From positions 2,008,839 to 2,072,838 of the forward strand of contig OY970240.1 of NCBI GenBank assembly GCA_963715445.1: a stretch of 64,000 nucleotides of DNA. Reading direction: 5' to 3'. Position 1 is the first letter of the stretch. Every line of letters starts with the position of its first letter. The position numbers were made by a program, and so were the translations under genes. The DNA is from an uncultured Solirubrobacterales bacterium (GTDB lineage Bacteria > Actinomycetota > Thermoleophilia > Solirubrobacterales > Thermoleophilaceae). Below the pieces are notes generated by a model. It was given only the letters and a program-made list of their open reading frames with translations. It was not told where the DNA came from and did not search any database. Shown here piece after piece: positions 54,015 to 63,225 of the stretch.

Positions 54015-54085
54015 GCGTTCATCTCTCGAGTGGCGGTGGCGCCGGTCATGCGTCCATCTTCCGGGTGGCGTCGGCGCCGGTCATG
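54004..54085 (-). repeat. 35-bp tandem repeat (about 2.3 copies of the unit; its ATGACCGGCGC head occurs 3 times) of the ATPase-stop/permease-start junction
   Basis: CATGACCGGCGC recurs on the minus strand with ATGs at 54084, 54049 and 54014. The first two open 12-codon ORFs (MTGADATRKMDA, MTGATATREMNA), each ending in a TGA that overlaps the next ATG. Confidence 0.85.
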
Positions 54086-55025
54086 AGATCTCCTCGCCGG
54101 TGAGTAGGACGAAGACGTCCTCGAGGTTCGCGGGGCGCCGCTCGCCCTCCGGCGAGTCGCCGTTGGCGCCGCCGCCGAGCACGGTGATCGAGGTGCCGGT
54201 CCTGCGGGTGCGAAGGCCCGCCGCGACAGCCTCGGCCTCCACCTCCATGAGCCGCGCGGGTGGGCCGTAGACCTCCACGACCTCGCTGCCGGCGTGCTCA
54301 GCCACCAGGTCGGACGGGCGCCCGGTTGCCACGGCGCGGCCGTGGGACATGATCGTGACCGAGTCGGCGAGGCGCTCGGCCTCCTCGATGTAGTGCGTCG
54401 ACATCAGGATCGAGACGCCCTCTGAGCGCAGCGCGTCGATCAGCGCCCACAACTCCTGGCGGACCTGTGGGTCGAGGCCGACGGTGGGCTCGTCGAGCAG
54501 CACGAGCCGCGGCTGGTGCACGAGCGCGCGTGCGATCAAGAGGCGGCGGCGCATACCTCCGGAGAGCTCGTCGGCCCGGGTGTGCCTGCGCTCGGTGAGG
54601 TTGGCGAGCTTCAGCGCGCGCTCGATCGCCTGCTGGCGGTCGCGGCGCGGGACGCGGTAGAGGTGGGTGAAGACGATCAGGTTCTGCTCCACCGTCAGCG
54701 TCGTGTCGAGGTTGTCCAGCTGAGGGACCACTCCGCACTCGGCCCTCGCCTGCTTGGACTCGCGCGGGAGCTCGTAGCCGAGCACCTCGATCTCGCCCTC
54801 ATCGGCGATCGACTGCGCGGTGAGCATGCGCATGGTGGTGGACTTGCCCGCCCCGTTGGGCCCGAGCAGGCCGACGCACGTCCCAGGGGGGACGTCGAGG
54901 TCGAGGCCGTTCACGGCGGTGATCTCGCCATAGCGCTTGACCACTCCGCGCAGGCGGATGGCTACAGGGGAGGAAGGCACGGCGCGGGATGGTACGCCGC
55001 CGGAGGCGTGGGCGCTCGGCTGCAT
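54081..55025 (-). CDS. ABC transporter ATP-binding protein (DrrA-like)
   Basis: GLLGPNGAGKSTT, LSGGMRRRL, LVLLDEPTVGLDP. Start at ATG 55025 (alternative GTG 54980). Confidence 0.88.
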   Translation of the reverse strand: MQPSAHASGGVPSRAVPSSPVAIRLRGVVKRYGEITAVNGLDLDVPPGTCVGLLGPNGAGKSTTMRMLTAQSIADEGEIEVLGYELPRESKQARAECGVVPQLDNLDTTLTVEQNLIVFTHLYRVPRRDRQQAIERALKLANLTERRHTRADELSGGMRRRLLIARALVHQPRLVLLDEPTVGLDPQVRQELWALIDALRSEGVSILMSTHYIEEAERLADSVTIMSHGRAVATGRPSDLVAEHAGSEVVEVYGPPARLMEVEAEAVAAGLRTRRTGTSITVLGGGANGDSPEGERRPANLEDVFVLLTGEEIS

Positions 55026-55200
55026 GGAACGTTGCGGCAGCGGGCCGTGCATGCAATTTCCCGTCCAAACGCCCGGGTGGCTGTCGTGGAGGGCCGTGGT
55101 GCGGGAGGGCATCCCACCCGTTCCCACGGGAAGGATTCCGCTTCCTGATGCGGAAACTGCGCGCAAGAAGGTGCACGGTCGGTGCGATCCCGATGGACAA

Positions 55201-55245
55201 GTGGGTAGATGTGTTGCACTGTGGGACAGAGTGGGATAGGGTGGC
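55201..55245 (+). promoter_or_regulatory. GTGGG direct repeats (55201, 55221, 55231; GTGGC at 55241), candidate MraZ boxes
   Basis: Repeats spaced 20, 10 and 10 bp, roughly 100 nt upstream of mraZ. Confidence 0.5.
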
Positions 55246-55342
55246 GCCCAGTCAACAAGGACCGGAGTGGTGGGGCTCCTCCCACTCCGCCACTTCGGTC
55301 CAAGTTGCAACTCCTTCTCGGTAGCGGAACACGGAACTCCTG

Positions 55343-55777
55343 ATGGCATACAGAGGCCACTACGAACACTCGCTCGACGCGAAGAACCGGCTCAGCATCC
55401 CGGCGCGTTTCCGGGCGACCTTCTCCTCGGGCCTCGTTCTCGCCAAGGACAGCGACGACTGCATCTCCGTATGGACCCCGGAGGGGCACGAGTCGATCAT
55501 CGAGCGCGCGCTCGCGGGCAAGAACCCGCTCGGTCGCGAGTACAAGGGCGTGCAGCGCTTCTTCCAGTCCAACTCCTTCGACGTCGAGCTCGACTCGTCC
55601 GGCCGCGTCACGCTCCCGCCGCCTCTGCTCGCCTACGCGAAGATCGAGAAGGAGGTCGTCGTGGCTGGGGTGGGGGACCACCTCGAGGTCTGGGGCCGCG
55701 AGCGCTGGGATCAGGAGCAGCAGGCTCTCGATGCCAGCATCGGGGAGGTGACGGAGAGCCTTGGCGATCCTTCTTGA
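55343..55777 (+). CDS. mraZ: Transcriptional regulator MraZ
   Basis: HSLDAKNRLSIPARFR and LDSSGRVTLPPPL (two SpoVT/AbrB-like halves). Confidence 0.9.
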   Translation: MAYRGHYEHSLDAKNRLSIPARFRATFSSGLVLAKDSDDCISVWTPEGHESIIERALAGKNPLGREYKGVQRFFQSNSFDVELDSSGRVTLPPPLLAYAKIEKEVVVAGVGDHLEVWGRERWDQEQQALDASIGEVTESLGDPS

Positions 55778-55778
55778 C

Positions 55779-56732
55779 ATGACCCGCGCGCACGTACCCG
55801 TCCTGGCCGGTGAGCTGATCGAGCTGACCAACCCGGCCCCGGGCGACAATGTCGTGGACTGCACCTTCGGCGCGGGCGGCCACGCCCGGCTGATGGCGGA
55901 CCGCATCGGCTCCACCGGCACGCTCGTCTGCGTGGACCGCGATCCCGCCGCGGAGGAGCGCTTCGAGGAGCTCGCCGCCGAGGTGGCGTGCGAGACCCGC
56001 TTCCTGCGCATGGACTACGCCGACGCGCTCGAGCTGCTGAGCGCGGAGGGCTTCGAGGCGGACCTCGTCTACATGGACCTGGGCGTGTCCTCGATGCAGG
56101 TGGACACGCGCGAGCGCGGCTTCTCCTACTCCTACGACGCGCCGCTCGACATGCGCATGGATCCCTCGCAGGAGCTCGACGCGCGCACGATCGTCAACGA
56201 GTACGACGAGCGGCAGCTCGCCCAGCTCTTCCGCCGCTACGGCGAGGATCCCGGGGCCCACGCGATCGCGCGTGAGATCGGCCACCGCCGCCGCCGCGCA
56301 CCGCTCGAGACCACCGGCCAGCTGGTCGACGCGATCGAGGCGGCCACTCCGGCGTTCGTGCGGCGCAAGTTCGGCGGGGGGCACCCCGCCAAGCGCGTGT
56401 TCCAGGCGATCCGCATCGCCGTGAACGACGAGCTCGGCTCGCTGGACCGCGCCCTTCCCGCCGCTTGGAACGTGCTGCGCCAAGAGGGCCGCCTGGCCGC
56501 CATCTCCTTCCACTCGCTCGAGGACCGGCGCGTCAAGCGCTTCCTCGCCGAGCGCGCCCGCGGCTGCGTCTGCCCGCCGGACCTGCCGGTCTGCGTGTGC
56601 GGCCACGAGCCCGAGGCCGACCTGCTGACCCGCCGCGCTGTGGCGCCCACCCCTGGTGAGGTCGCGGACAACCCGCGCTCCAAGTCGGGGCGCCTGCGCG
56701 TGGCGCGCAAGATCAACGAGGAGCGGAGCTGA
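55779..56732 (+). CDS. rsmH: 16S rRNA (cytosine1402-N4)-methyltransferase RsmH
   Basis: HVPVLAGE, DCTFGAGGH, DLGVSSMQVD, SFHSLEDRRVK. Confidence 0.92.
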   Translation: MTRAHVPVLAGELIELTNPAPGDNVVDCTFGAGGHARLMADRIGSTGTLVCVDRDPAAEERFEELAAEVACETRFLRMDYADALELLSAEGFEADLVYMDLGVSSMQVDTRERGFSYSYDAPLDMRMDPSQELDARTIVNEYDERQLAQLFRRYGEDPGAHAIAREIGHRRRRAPLETTGQLVDAIEAATPAFVRRKFGGGHPAKRVFQAIRIAVNDELGSLDRALPAAWNVLRQEGRLAAISFHSLEDRRVKRFLAERARGCVCPPDLPVCVCGHEPEADLLTRRAVAPTPGEVADNPRSKSGRLRVARKINEERS

Positions 56733-57223
56733 TGGCCCGCGCTGCCGCTGCCCGGGTGCCCGCGCCCGCCCGCCGCGCCTCCACGCGCACCGCTCCCGCA
56801 CGTCCCGCACGCCGCCCGGCGCCCGCGGCTCGTCCCGCTTCTGCCTCGCGTGCACGTATCGCGGTGCGCTCGCACTCCGCGACGCTGCTCGACCGCCTCC
56901 TCCACAGCCCGGCGCTGATCGGCCTCGTCTTCGTGCTGCTCGTTGGGGTCGTCTTCTCCAACGTCGCCCTGCTCCAGAAGAGCCGCGGGATCACGCAGGC
57001 GAGCGCCCGCGCGACGATGATCAAGCACGAGAACGCGCGCCTGCGCGCCGAGGTTGCCCGGCTCGGCTCGAGCGAGCGGATCCAGCAGGTCGCCGCCGAG
57101 CGCGGCCTCGTGCTCCCGGCTCCCGGTGAGGTGCGCTACCTGCGCTCGCGCCCATCGATCGACGCTCGCAACGCCTCCCAGCGGATCGGCGCGGGGGCAA
57201 CCGCCGAGCAGCCGGTGCAGTAG
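56732..57223 (+). CDS. ftsL: Cell division protein FtsL-like (Arg/Ala-rich N-terminus, one TM, coiled coil)
   Basis: Position in the dcw cluster. TM LIGLVFVLLVGVVFSNV followed by HENARLRAEVARLGSSERIQQVAAE. Confidence 0.7.
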   Translation: MARAAAARVPAPARRASTRTAPARPARRPAPAARPASASRARIAVRSHSATLLDRLLHSPALIGLVFVLLVGVVFSNVALLQKSRGITQASARATMIKHENARLRAEVARLGSSERIQQVAAERGLVLPAPGEVRYLRSRPSIDARNASQRIGAGATAEQPVQ

Positions 57224-57231
57224 GGGCGCCT

Positions 57232-58875
57232 GTGCGGCTCATCGATCGCCGTATCGGGCTTCTCTTCGCGATATTCATCCTCCTTCTGGGCGCCGCCACG
57301 GCGCGCGCGGCCTGGCTCGGCACCGCGAGATCCGGTGAGCTCTCAGAGCGCGCGGTCACCCAGCAGGAGGAGGACATCGAGGTTCAGGCCCGCCGCGGGA
57401 CGATCACCGATCGCAACGGCGTCGAGCTGGCCGTCTCCGAGGACTCGGTGTCGGTGTTCGCCAACCCGATGCTGATCGACGACCCGGCTGGCGCGGCGTC
57501 CAAGCTCGCGCTGCCCCTGGGGATGCTCGAGGAGGACCTGACTGAGCTGCTCAGCGATCGCGAGCGCGGCTTCGTCTACCTGCGGCGCAAGCTCGACCCG
57601 GAGGTCCAGGACAAGGTCGAGAAGCTCGGGATCGAGGGTATTGGCAGCGTCATGGAGCCGCGTCGCACCTACCCGCAGGGCGCCCTCGCCGGCCAGCTGA
57701 TCGGCGCCGTCGGGACCGACAACGAGGGGCTCACCGGCATCGAGAACCAGTACGAGGAGCAGCTCCACGGCACCGACGGCCACCGCAGGATGGTCAAGGA
57801 CGCTCTCGGAGAGCCGATCTCGATCGTCGAGACCGAGCGCGCCGAGCCGGGCGAGGACATGCGGCTGACGATCGACGCGGCGCTGCAGGAGCGCACCGAG
57901 GCCGTGATGGCCGAGGTGGTGACCGGCACCCAGCCGGCCGGCGCCACGGCGCTGGTGATGGACCCGCGCAACGGCGAGGTGCTCGCTCTGGCCAACTGGC
58001 CGCGCGTGGACCCGAACGAGATCGGCAGCTCCGCCGAGGAGGCGCGCGAGAACAAGGCGGTGGCCTCGAGCTACGAGCCGGGATCGACCTTCAAGGCCTT
58101 CACCGTCGCCGGGGCGCTGGAGGACGGCCTGATCAAGCCGGAGACGCGCTTCGACCTGCCGTCGCAGCTGCAGGTGGCCGACCGCACCATCGGGGAGGCG
58201 CACGACCGCGGCGCCGTGAACCTCTCGACGGCCGAGATCCTCGCCCAGTCGTCGAACGTCGGCTCGGTGATGATCGGCATGAAGCTGGGCGCCAAGCGCT
58301 TCGACCACTGGGTGCGCCGCTTCGGGTTCGGCTCCCTGACGGGGATCAACCTCCCGGGCGAGTCGGGCGGGATCGTGCCCCGGCCCAGGAACTACTCGGG
58401 CTCCTCGATCGGCAACCTGCCGATCGGGCAGGGCCTCGCGGTGACCCCGATCCAGATGGCGGCCGGGTACTCGGCGCTCGCCAACGGCGGCGTGCTGCAC
58501 CGGCCGCACGTCGTGGCGGGTGAGACGGACGAGGGCCGCAGGATCGTGTCCCCGCGCACCGCGCGGCAGGTGGCGACGATGCTCGAGGGCGTGCTGGCGG
58601 CAGGCGGCACCGCCGAGGAGGCCTCGATACCGGGCTACGAGCTCGCCGGCAAGACGGGGACCGCCGAGAAGGCGGACCCCGAGACGGGCGGCTACTCGGA
58701 GTTCAAGTTCTTCGCGTCCTTCATCGGCTTCGCCCCGGCCAAGGACCCGCGCCTCATGGTCGCGGTGATGGTCGACGAGCCGAAGGGCATGTACTACGGC
58801 GGCGAGGTGGCCGCGCCGGCCTTCGAGAAGATCATGGAGTTCGCGCTGCCCTACATGCGCATCCCGCCTCACTGA
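57232..58875 (+). CDS. ftsI: Penicillin-binding protein 2 / FtsI (class B PBP transpeptidase)
   Basis: PBP dimer domain, YEPGSTFK (SxxK), SSN, KTGTA. Confidence 0.9.
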   Translation: MRLIDRRIGLLFAIFILLLGAATARAAWLGTARSGELSERAVTQQEEDIEVQARRGTITDRNGVELAVSEDSVSVFANPMLIDDPAGAASKLALPLGMLEEDLTELLSDRERGFVYLRRKLDPEVQDKVEKLGIEGIGSVMEPRRTYPQGALAGQLIGAVGTDNEGLTGIENQYEEQLHGTDGHRRMVKDALGEPISIVETERAEPGEDMRLTIDAALQERTEAVMAEVVTGTQPAGATALVMDPRNGEVLALANWPRVDPNEIGSSAEEARENKAVASSYEPGSTFKAFTVAGALEDGLIKPETRFDLPSQLQVADRTIGEAHDRGAVNLSTAEILAQSSNVGSVMIGMKLGAKRFDHWVRRFGFGSLTGINLPGESGGIVPRPRNYSGSSIGNLPIGQGLAVTPIQMAAGYSALANGGVLHRPHVVAGETDEGRRIVSPRTARQVATMLEGVLAAGGTAEEASIPGYELAGKTGTAEKADPETGGYSEFKFFASFIGFAPAKDPRLMVAVMVDEPKGMYYGGEVAAPAFEKIMEFALPYMRIPPH

Positions 58876-58927
58876 CCTTCACATCCGCCGACCTTGGCTC
58901 GGCGACGAAGGGCTTGCTTTCAGGTTT

Positions 58928-58964
58928 GGGCGAGTTGCGGCCGCATTGTGGCCGCAACTCGCCC
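58928..58964. terminator. Perfect 15-bp-stem hairpin GGGCGAGTTGCGGCC-GCATTGT-GGCCGCAACTCGCCC
   Basis: Lies between convergent ftsI and the antisense secreted-protein gene. Confidence 0.65.
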
Positions 58965-58991
58965 GTCGGCCTTTACACGGTGGCGGGATCC

Positions 58992-60374
58992 TCAGTTGGG
59001 GGCGTGGACGCCGCGGGCGCCGTAGGGGCGCTCGGAGCCGAAGGCCTGGGACTCGAGCGTGGGGCGGCTGGAGTTGTCCGTGCGCGCCACGATCTGGCAG
59101 AGCGCTCCGGGGAAGGGCCGCCGTGAGGCCTGACGCCCGTACGGGTCGGTGTACCAGCGGCGTGGGCCGCGGCGGTTGCGGACCGTCGTCTGGTTGAAGT
59201 ACGTCTCGCGGTGCGAGCCGTCGAAGGGCGAGCGGGGGTCGTCGAAGGCGAGCGGGGCCGCTCGCGTGCCGTAGCCGGTGGCCACGTCGCACGCGCTGCC
59301 GCTGGCCCGCTCTCCGCTCACGGGGCGCTCCCAGCAGGCTCCGACGGTCCTGGCGAGGCCGCCGGGCTGCGCCGGATCGAAGTAGCGGGCGGGGTTGAAC
59401 ACCGCGAAGTGGGGGTCCCAGCGGGCGATCTGGCGCCCGCTGGAAGTGGTGAGGCTGTTGGAGGAGGCCCAGTTCTCGTACAGCCCGCGGGCGAACATCG
59501 AGAAGCGGTCCGGGGGCACGAGCAGGTAGCGCTCGACGCAGGCGCGGTCTGGGATCCCGCGTGCGCCGGGCCCGGCGGGAAATGCGGGCGCGCCGCCGGC
59601 TGGGACCGCCGTGCGCAGGTCGCACGAGCGCGTGAAGCGGCTCGGGCTGCCGAAGCGGGCGAGGGTCGTGGTGAGCAGGCGCGTCCCGTCGCTGCAGGCG
59701 ACGGCGTAGATCAGCTCGTGGGGGTTGTTGGCGAAGGCGTCACCGGAGTGGGTGCCCTGGTGGATCTTGGCGAGGAAGTCGCAGCGCACGCCGATCTCGC
59801 GCCGCCCCTTGCGCGTGGCGCGCAGCAGCGGCACGTCGTTGGCCCACTCCACCTTGTGGCCGACGTGGTCCTCGTGGCGCGTTGGCGTGCCCGGGTTGGC
59901 GCGCGTGTATGCGTCGAGCGCCTCGCCGGCCACACCGAACGGGAGCCCGCCGCCGAGGCGCCGGGCAACCCAGCGGTAGAGGTCGGAGCTGCGCGGGTCG
60001 CGGCCGTGCTCGTGCCCGAAGGCGCACCGCCGGCCGGTTGCCGGGTCCCTGACCACGGGAGGGTGCCAGCCGGGATAGAGCTTGCCGCCCGGCCCGCGCG
60101 TGGCGTAGCGGTCGTGGAGGGTCGCCGGGCAGCTGTCGAAGCGCCCGGGCCGCCAGATGCCGTACGAGCGGGCCGGGCGCGCGCCCGAATCGGGGGTCAG
60201 CGTGAGGCCCGCCGAGGCGCTTGCCGGGGTGCGCTCGGCGGCGGGCGCGTCAGCAGGCCAAGCGGCGGGCGCGGCGGCAGGCCAAGCCGCGGGCGCGGCG
60301 GCAGGCCAGAGCACGGCCGCGGCCGTCAGAGCGAGCAGGGCTGTGACGTGCGCGGCCGGCATCCCCTCGCTCAA
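58992..60374 (-). CDS. Secreted hypothetical protein with His-rich motifs, antisense inside the dcw cluster
   Basis: 460 aa. Signal-like N-terminus, WPAAAPAA repeats, GHEHGRDP and RHEDHVGHKVEW motifs. Balanced composition throughout. Confidence 0.6.
   Translation of the reverse strand: MSEGMPAAHVTALLALTAAAVLWPAAAPAAWPAAAPAAWPADAPAAERTPASASAGLTLTPDSGARPARSYGIWRPGRFDSCPATLHDRYATRGPGGKLYPGWHPPVVRDPATGRRCAFGHEHGRDPRSSDLYRWVARRLGGGLPFGVAGEALDAYTRANPGTPTRHEDHVGHKVEWANDVPLLRATRKGRREIGVRCDFLAKIHQGTHSGDAFANNPHELIYAVACSDGTRLLTTTLARFGSPSRFTRSCDLRTAVPAGGAPAFPAGPGARGIPDRACVERYLLVPPDRFSMFARGLYENWASSNSLTTSSGRQIARWDPHFAVFNPARYFDPAQPGGLARTVGACWERPVSGERASGSACDVATGYGTRAAPLAFDDPRSPFDGSHRETYFNQTTVRNRRGPRRWYTDPYGRQASRRPFPGALCQIVARTDNSSRPTLESQAFGSERPYGARGVHAPN
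60253..60315. repeat. 24-bp tandem repeat (about 2.6 copies) encoding WPAAAPAA units
   Basis: GCAGGCCAAGCGGCGGGCGCGGCG / GCAGGCCAAGCCGCGGGCGCGGCG / GCAGGCCAGAGC..., starting at 60253, 60277 and 60301. Confidence 0.8.
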
Positions 60375-60430
60375 CCCCCGAGCCTGCGCCTCGATGCGCT
60401 GGGACGCCCGATGGCGGCTTTAGACTGCAT

Positions 60431-61882
60431 GTGTCCATGACCCTCCGAGAGCTGATGGGGAGCGGGGCTCCGGAGGTGGAGATCACGGGGCTCGCCTATT
60501 CGAGCAGGAGCGTCTCCCCGGGGGCGCTCTTCTTCTGCGTTCCCGGATTCACGGCGGACGGCCACGATTTCGCGGCTGACGCGGTGGAGCGGGGAGCCGC
60601 GGCGCTCGTCTGCGAGCGCGAGCTCGGCCTCGGCGTCCCGGAAGAGCTGGTCCCGGACGTCCGGGCGGCGATGGGCCCGATCGCCGCGCGCTTCCACGGC
60701 GACCCCACGGCCTCTCTGCGCGTGATCGGCATCACGGGCACCAACGGCAAGACGACCACCGCCTTCCTCGTGCGCGACGTGCTGGAGGCCGGAGGCGTGC
60801 CCGCCGGACTGCTCGGCACGGTCAAGCAGGTGGTCGGCGGCGTGGAGGAGGCGGCCGAGCGGACGACGCCCGAGGCCGTTGACCTCCAGGCGACCTTCCG
60901 CCGGATGCTCGACGGCGGCGATTCGGCGTGCGCAATGGAGGTGTCCTCGCACGCGCTCGAGCTGGGGCGAGCGGCGGGCACACGCTTCGCGTGCCGCGTC
61001 TTCACCAACCTGACTCAGGACCACCTGGACTTCCACGAGGACATGGAGTCCTACTACCTCGCCAAGCGGCGGCTCTTCGAGGGCCGGGGGATCTCGGTGG
61101 TCAACGTGGACGACGAGCACGGCAGGCGGCTGGCCGGCGAGGTGGAGGGAGCGGTGACCTTCGCCATAGACACGGAAGCGAGCTACCGCGCTCGCGATGT
61201 CCGCTTCGACATGTCGGGAGCGGCCTTCACCGTGGACACGCCGGACGGGCCGCTCGAGCTGACGACGCCGCTGCCGGGCCTCTTCAACGTTCGCAACGCG
61301 CTCGCGGCGCTCGCCGTGGGCCGTGAGATGGGCGTGAGCGCCGCCGACTGCCAGGTCGGCCTCGCGGGGGCGACGCCGGTCCCGGGCCGCTTCGAGCCGA
61401 TCGACGAGGGCCAGCCCTTCGGTGTGCTGGTGGACTACGCGCACACCCCCGACTCGCTCGAGAACGTGCTGCGCGCCGCGCGCGACCTGACCGAGGGAGA
61501 CCTGCGCGTGGTGTTCGGCGCGGGAGGCGACCGCGATCGCGGCAAGCGGCCGCTGATGGGGGAGGTGGCTGCGCGGCTCGCCGACGCGGTCTTCGTCACC
61601 TCGGACAACCCGCGCTCGGAGGAGCCGGAGGCGATCGTCGAGGAGATTCTTCAGGGCTTGGGCGAGGGCGCGAGCGCCGGCGTCGTGCGCGAGGTCGACC
61701 GCAGGCGGGCGATCTCGGTGGCGCTCGGGTCCGCGGAGCCGGGCGATGTCGTCGTCATCGCCGGCAAGGGCCACGAGCAGGGCCAGGAGTTCGTCGATGG
61801 GCGCAAGGAGCCGTTCGACGACCGAGAGGTCGCGCGCGAGGCGCTGCGGGAGCTTGCGGGAGGTGGACGATGGAAGGCGTGA
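60431..61882 (+). CDS. murE: UDP-N-acetylmuramoyl-L-alanyl-D-glutamate--2,6-diaminopimelate ligase
   Basis: ITGTNGKTTT, DNPR motif, position in the dcw cluster. Confidence 0.92.
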   Translation: MSMTLRELMGSGAPEVEITGLAYSSRSVSPGALFFCVPGFTADGHDFAADAVERGAAALVCERELGLGVPEELVPDVRAAMGPIAARFHGDPTASLRVIGITGTNGKTTTAFLVRDVLEAGGVPAGLLGTVKQVVGGVEEAAERTTPEAVDLQATFRRMLDGGDSACAMEVSSHALELGRAAGTRFACRVFTNLTQDHLDFHEDMESYYLAKRRLFEGRGISVVNVDDEHGRRLAGEVEGAVTFAIDTEASYRARDVRFDMSGAAFTVDTPDGPLELTTPLPGLFNVRNALAALAVGREMGVSAADCQVGLAGATPVPGRFEPIDEGQPFGVLVDYAHTPDSLENVLRAARDLTEGDLRVVFGAGGDRDRGKRPLMGEVAARLADAVFVTSDNPRSEEPEAIVEEILQGLGEGASAGVVREVDRRRAISVALGSAEPGDVVVIAGKGHEQGQEFVDGRKEPFDDREVAREALRELAGGGRWKA

Positions 61883-63225
61883 CCGCGGGCTGGGTGGCCG
61901 CTGCCGCCGGCGCGCAGCTGGCGGCGGGCGCCCCGGAGGCGCCGGGTCCCCGCCGCGCGACGGTGGACACCCGCGAGTGCGGGCCCGGCGACCTGTTCGT
62001 GGGCCTGCTCGGCGAGCGTGCCGACGGCGGCTCGTTCGCCCCCGAGGCGCTCACCAAGGGGGCGTGGGGGGTGATCGTCGAGCCGGCGCACGCCGAGCGG
62101 GCTCTCCGCGCGGCCCCAGCAGGCGCCGCGGTCCTCGTAGTCCCCGACAGCCTCGCCGCGCTCTGGGACCTGGCGCGCTCCTGGCGGCGCGAGCTGGGCC
62201 CCAAGGTGGTCGGCGTCACCGGCTCGACCGGCAAGACCTCGACCAAGGACATCCTCGCGGCGGTGCTCGGGCCACACCTGACCACCCATGCCAGCCCCCA
62301 GAACTACAACACCGGGATCGGGATGCCGCTGACGATCCTCGAGGCGGGCCGGGGCGTCGAGGCGATGGTGCTCGAGATGGGGATGCGCGGGGAGGGCCAG
62401 ATCCGCAAGCTGGCCGGGATCGCCGAGCCCGACGTCGGCGTGATCGTCAACGTCGGCCCAGTGCACCTGGAATTGCTCGGGACCATCGAGCGCGTGGCCG
62501 CCGCAAAGGCGGAGCTGATCAGGGACCTGCCTCCCGGCGCCAGCTGCGTGGTGCCGGCGAGCGAGCCGCTGCTCGAGGAGCACCTGCGCGACGATCTCGA
62601 GACGATCTCCTTCGGTCCCGGCGGTGACGTGATGCTGCTCTCGTTTGCCGCGGGAGAGGGCGCAGGCGGTGCGTTCGGAGGGGTGGCCGAGATCGAGGCC
62701 CGCGGTGAGCGGATCCTGGTCGATCTGCCCTATGCAGAGCCCTACAACCTGCTCAACACGCTTGCGGCCGTCGCCGCGGCGGTGGCGATCGGGGTGCGGC
62801 CGTCCGGCCTCGTCGACGTCCGCTTCAGCTCGCTCCGCGGGGAGATCGTGGAGCTGCCCGGAGGCGTGACCGTGGTCAACGACTGCTACAACGCCAACCC
62901 GATGTCCATGCGGGCGGCACTCAAGCACCTCGCCGAGACGCCCGCGGATCGCCGCGTGGCCGTGCTCGGCACGATGGCGGAGCTGGGCTCCGGATCGGCC
63001 GAGTTCCACCGCGAGATCGGCACGGAGGCCGCCGCGCTCGGGATCGACGTGCTCGTGACCGTGGGCGAGGACGCGCTGCCCTATGCCGAGGCCTTCGACG
63101 GCGAGCGCTACGCCGCCGGTACGCCTGAGGAGGCGAGTGCGCTGCTCGAGGAGATCGCGCTGCCCGGCGACCGCGTGCTGATCAAGGGCTCCCGCTCGGT
63201 CGGGCTCGAGAGGGTGCTGGCCTAG
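61870..63225 (+). CDS. murF: UDP-N-acetylmuramoyl-tripeptide--D-alanyl-D-alanine ligase
   Basis: VTGSTGKTSTKD, NDCYNANP. Overlaps the murE end. Confidence 0.92.
   Translation: MEGVTAGWVAAAAGAQLAAGAPEAPGPRRATVDTRECGPGDLFVGLLGERADGGSFAPEALTKGAWGVIVEPAHAERALRAAPAGAAVLVVPDSLAALWDLARSWRRELGPKVVGVTGSTGKTSTKDILAAVLGPHLTTHASPQNYNTGIGMPLTILEAGRGVEAMVLEMGMRGEGQIRKLAGIAEPDVGVIVNVGPVHLELLGTIERVAAAKAELIRDLPPGASCVVPASEPLLEEHLRDDLETISFGPGGDVMLLSFAAGEGAGGAFGGVAEIEARGERILVDLPYAEPYNLLNTLAAVAAAVAIGVRPSGLVDVRFSSLRGEIVELPGGVTVVNDCYNANPMSMRAALKHLAETPADRRVAVLGTMAELGSGSAEFHREIGTEAAALGIDVLVTVGEDALPYAEAFDGERYAAGTPEEASALLEEIALPGDRVLIKGSRSVGLERVLA

Noticed and set aside
54004-54085. 35-bp tandem repeats (and the 24-bp repeats at 60253-60315) as a possible CRISPR array
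   Set aside because: The repeats are directly adjacent with no spacers, number only 2-3 copies and lie within a coding or junction context. They are not CRISPR.
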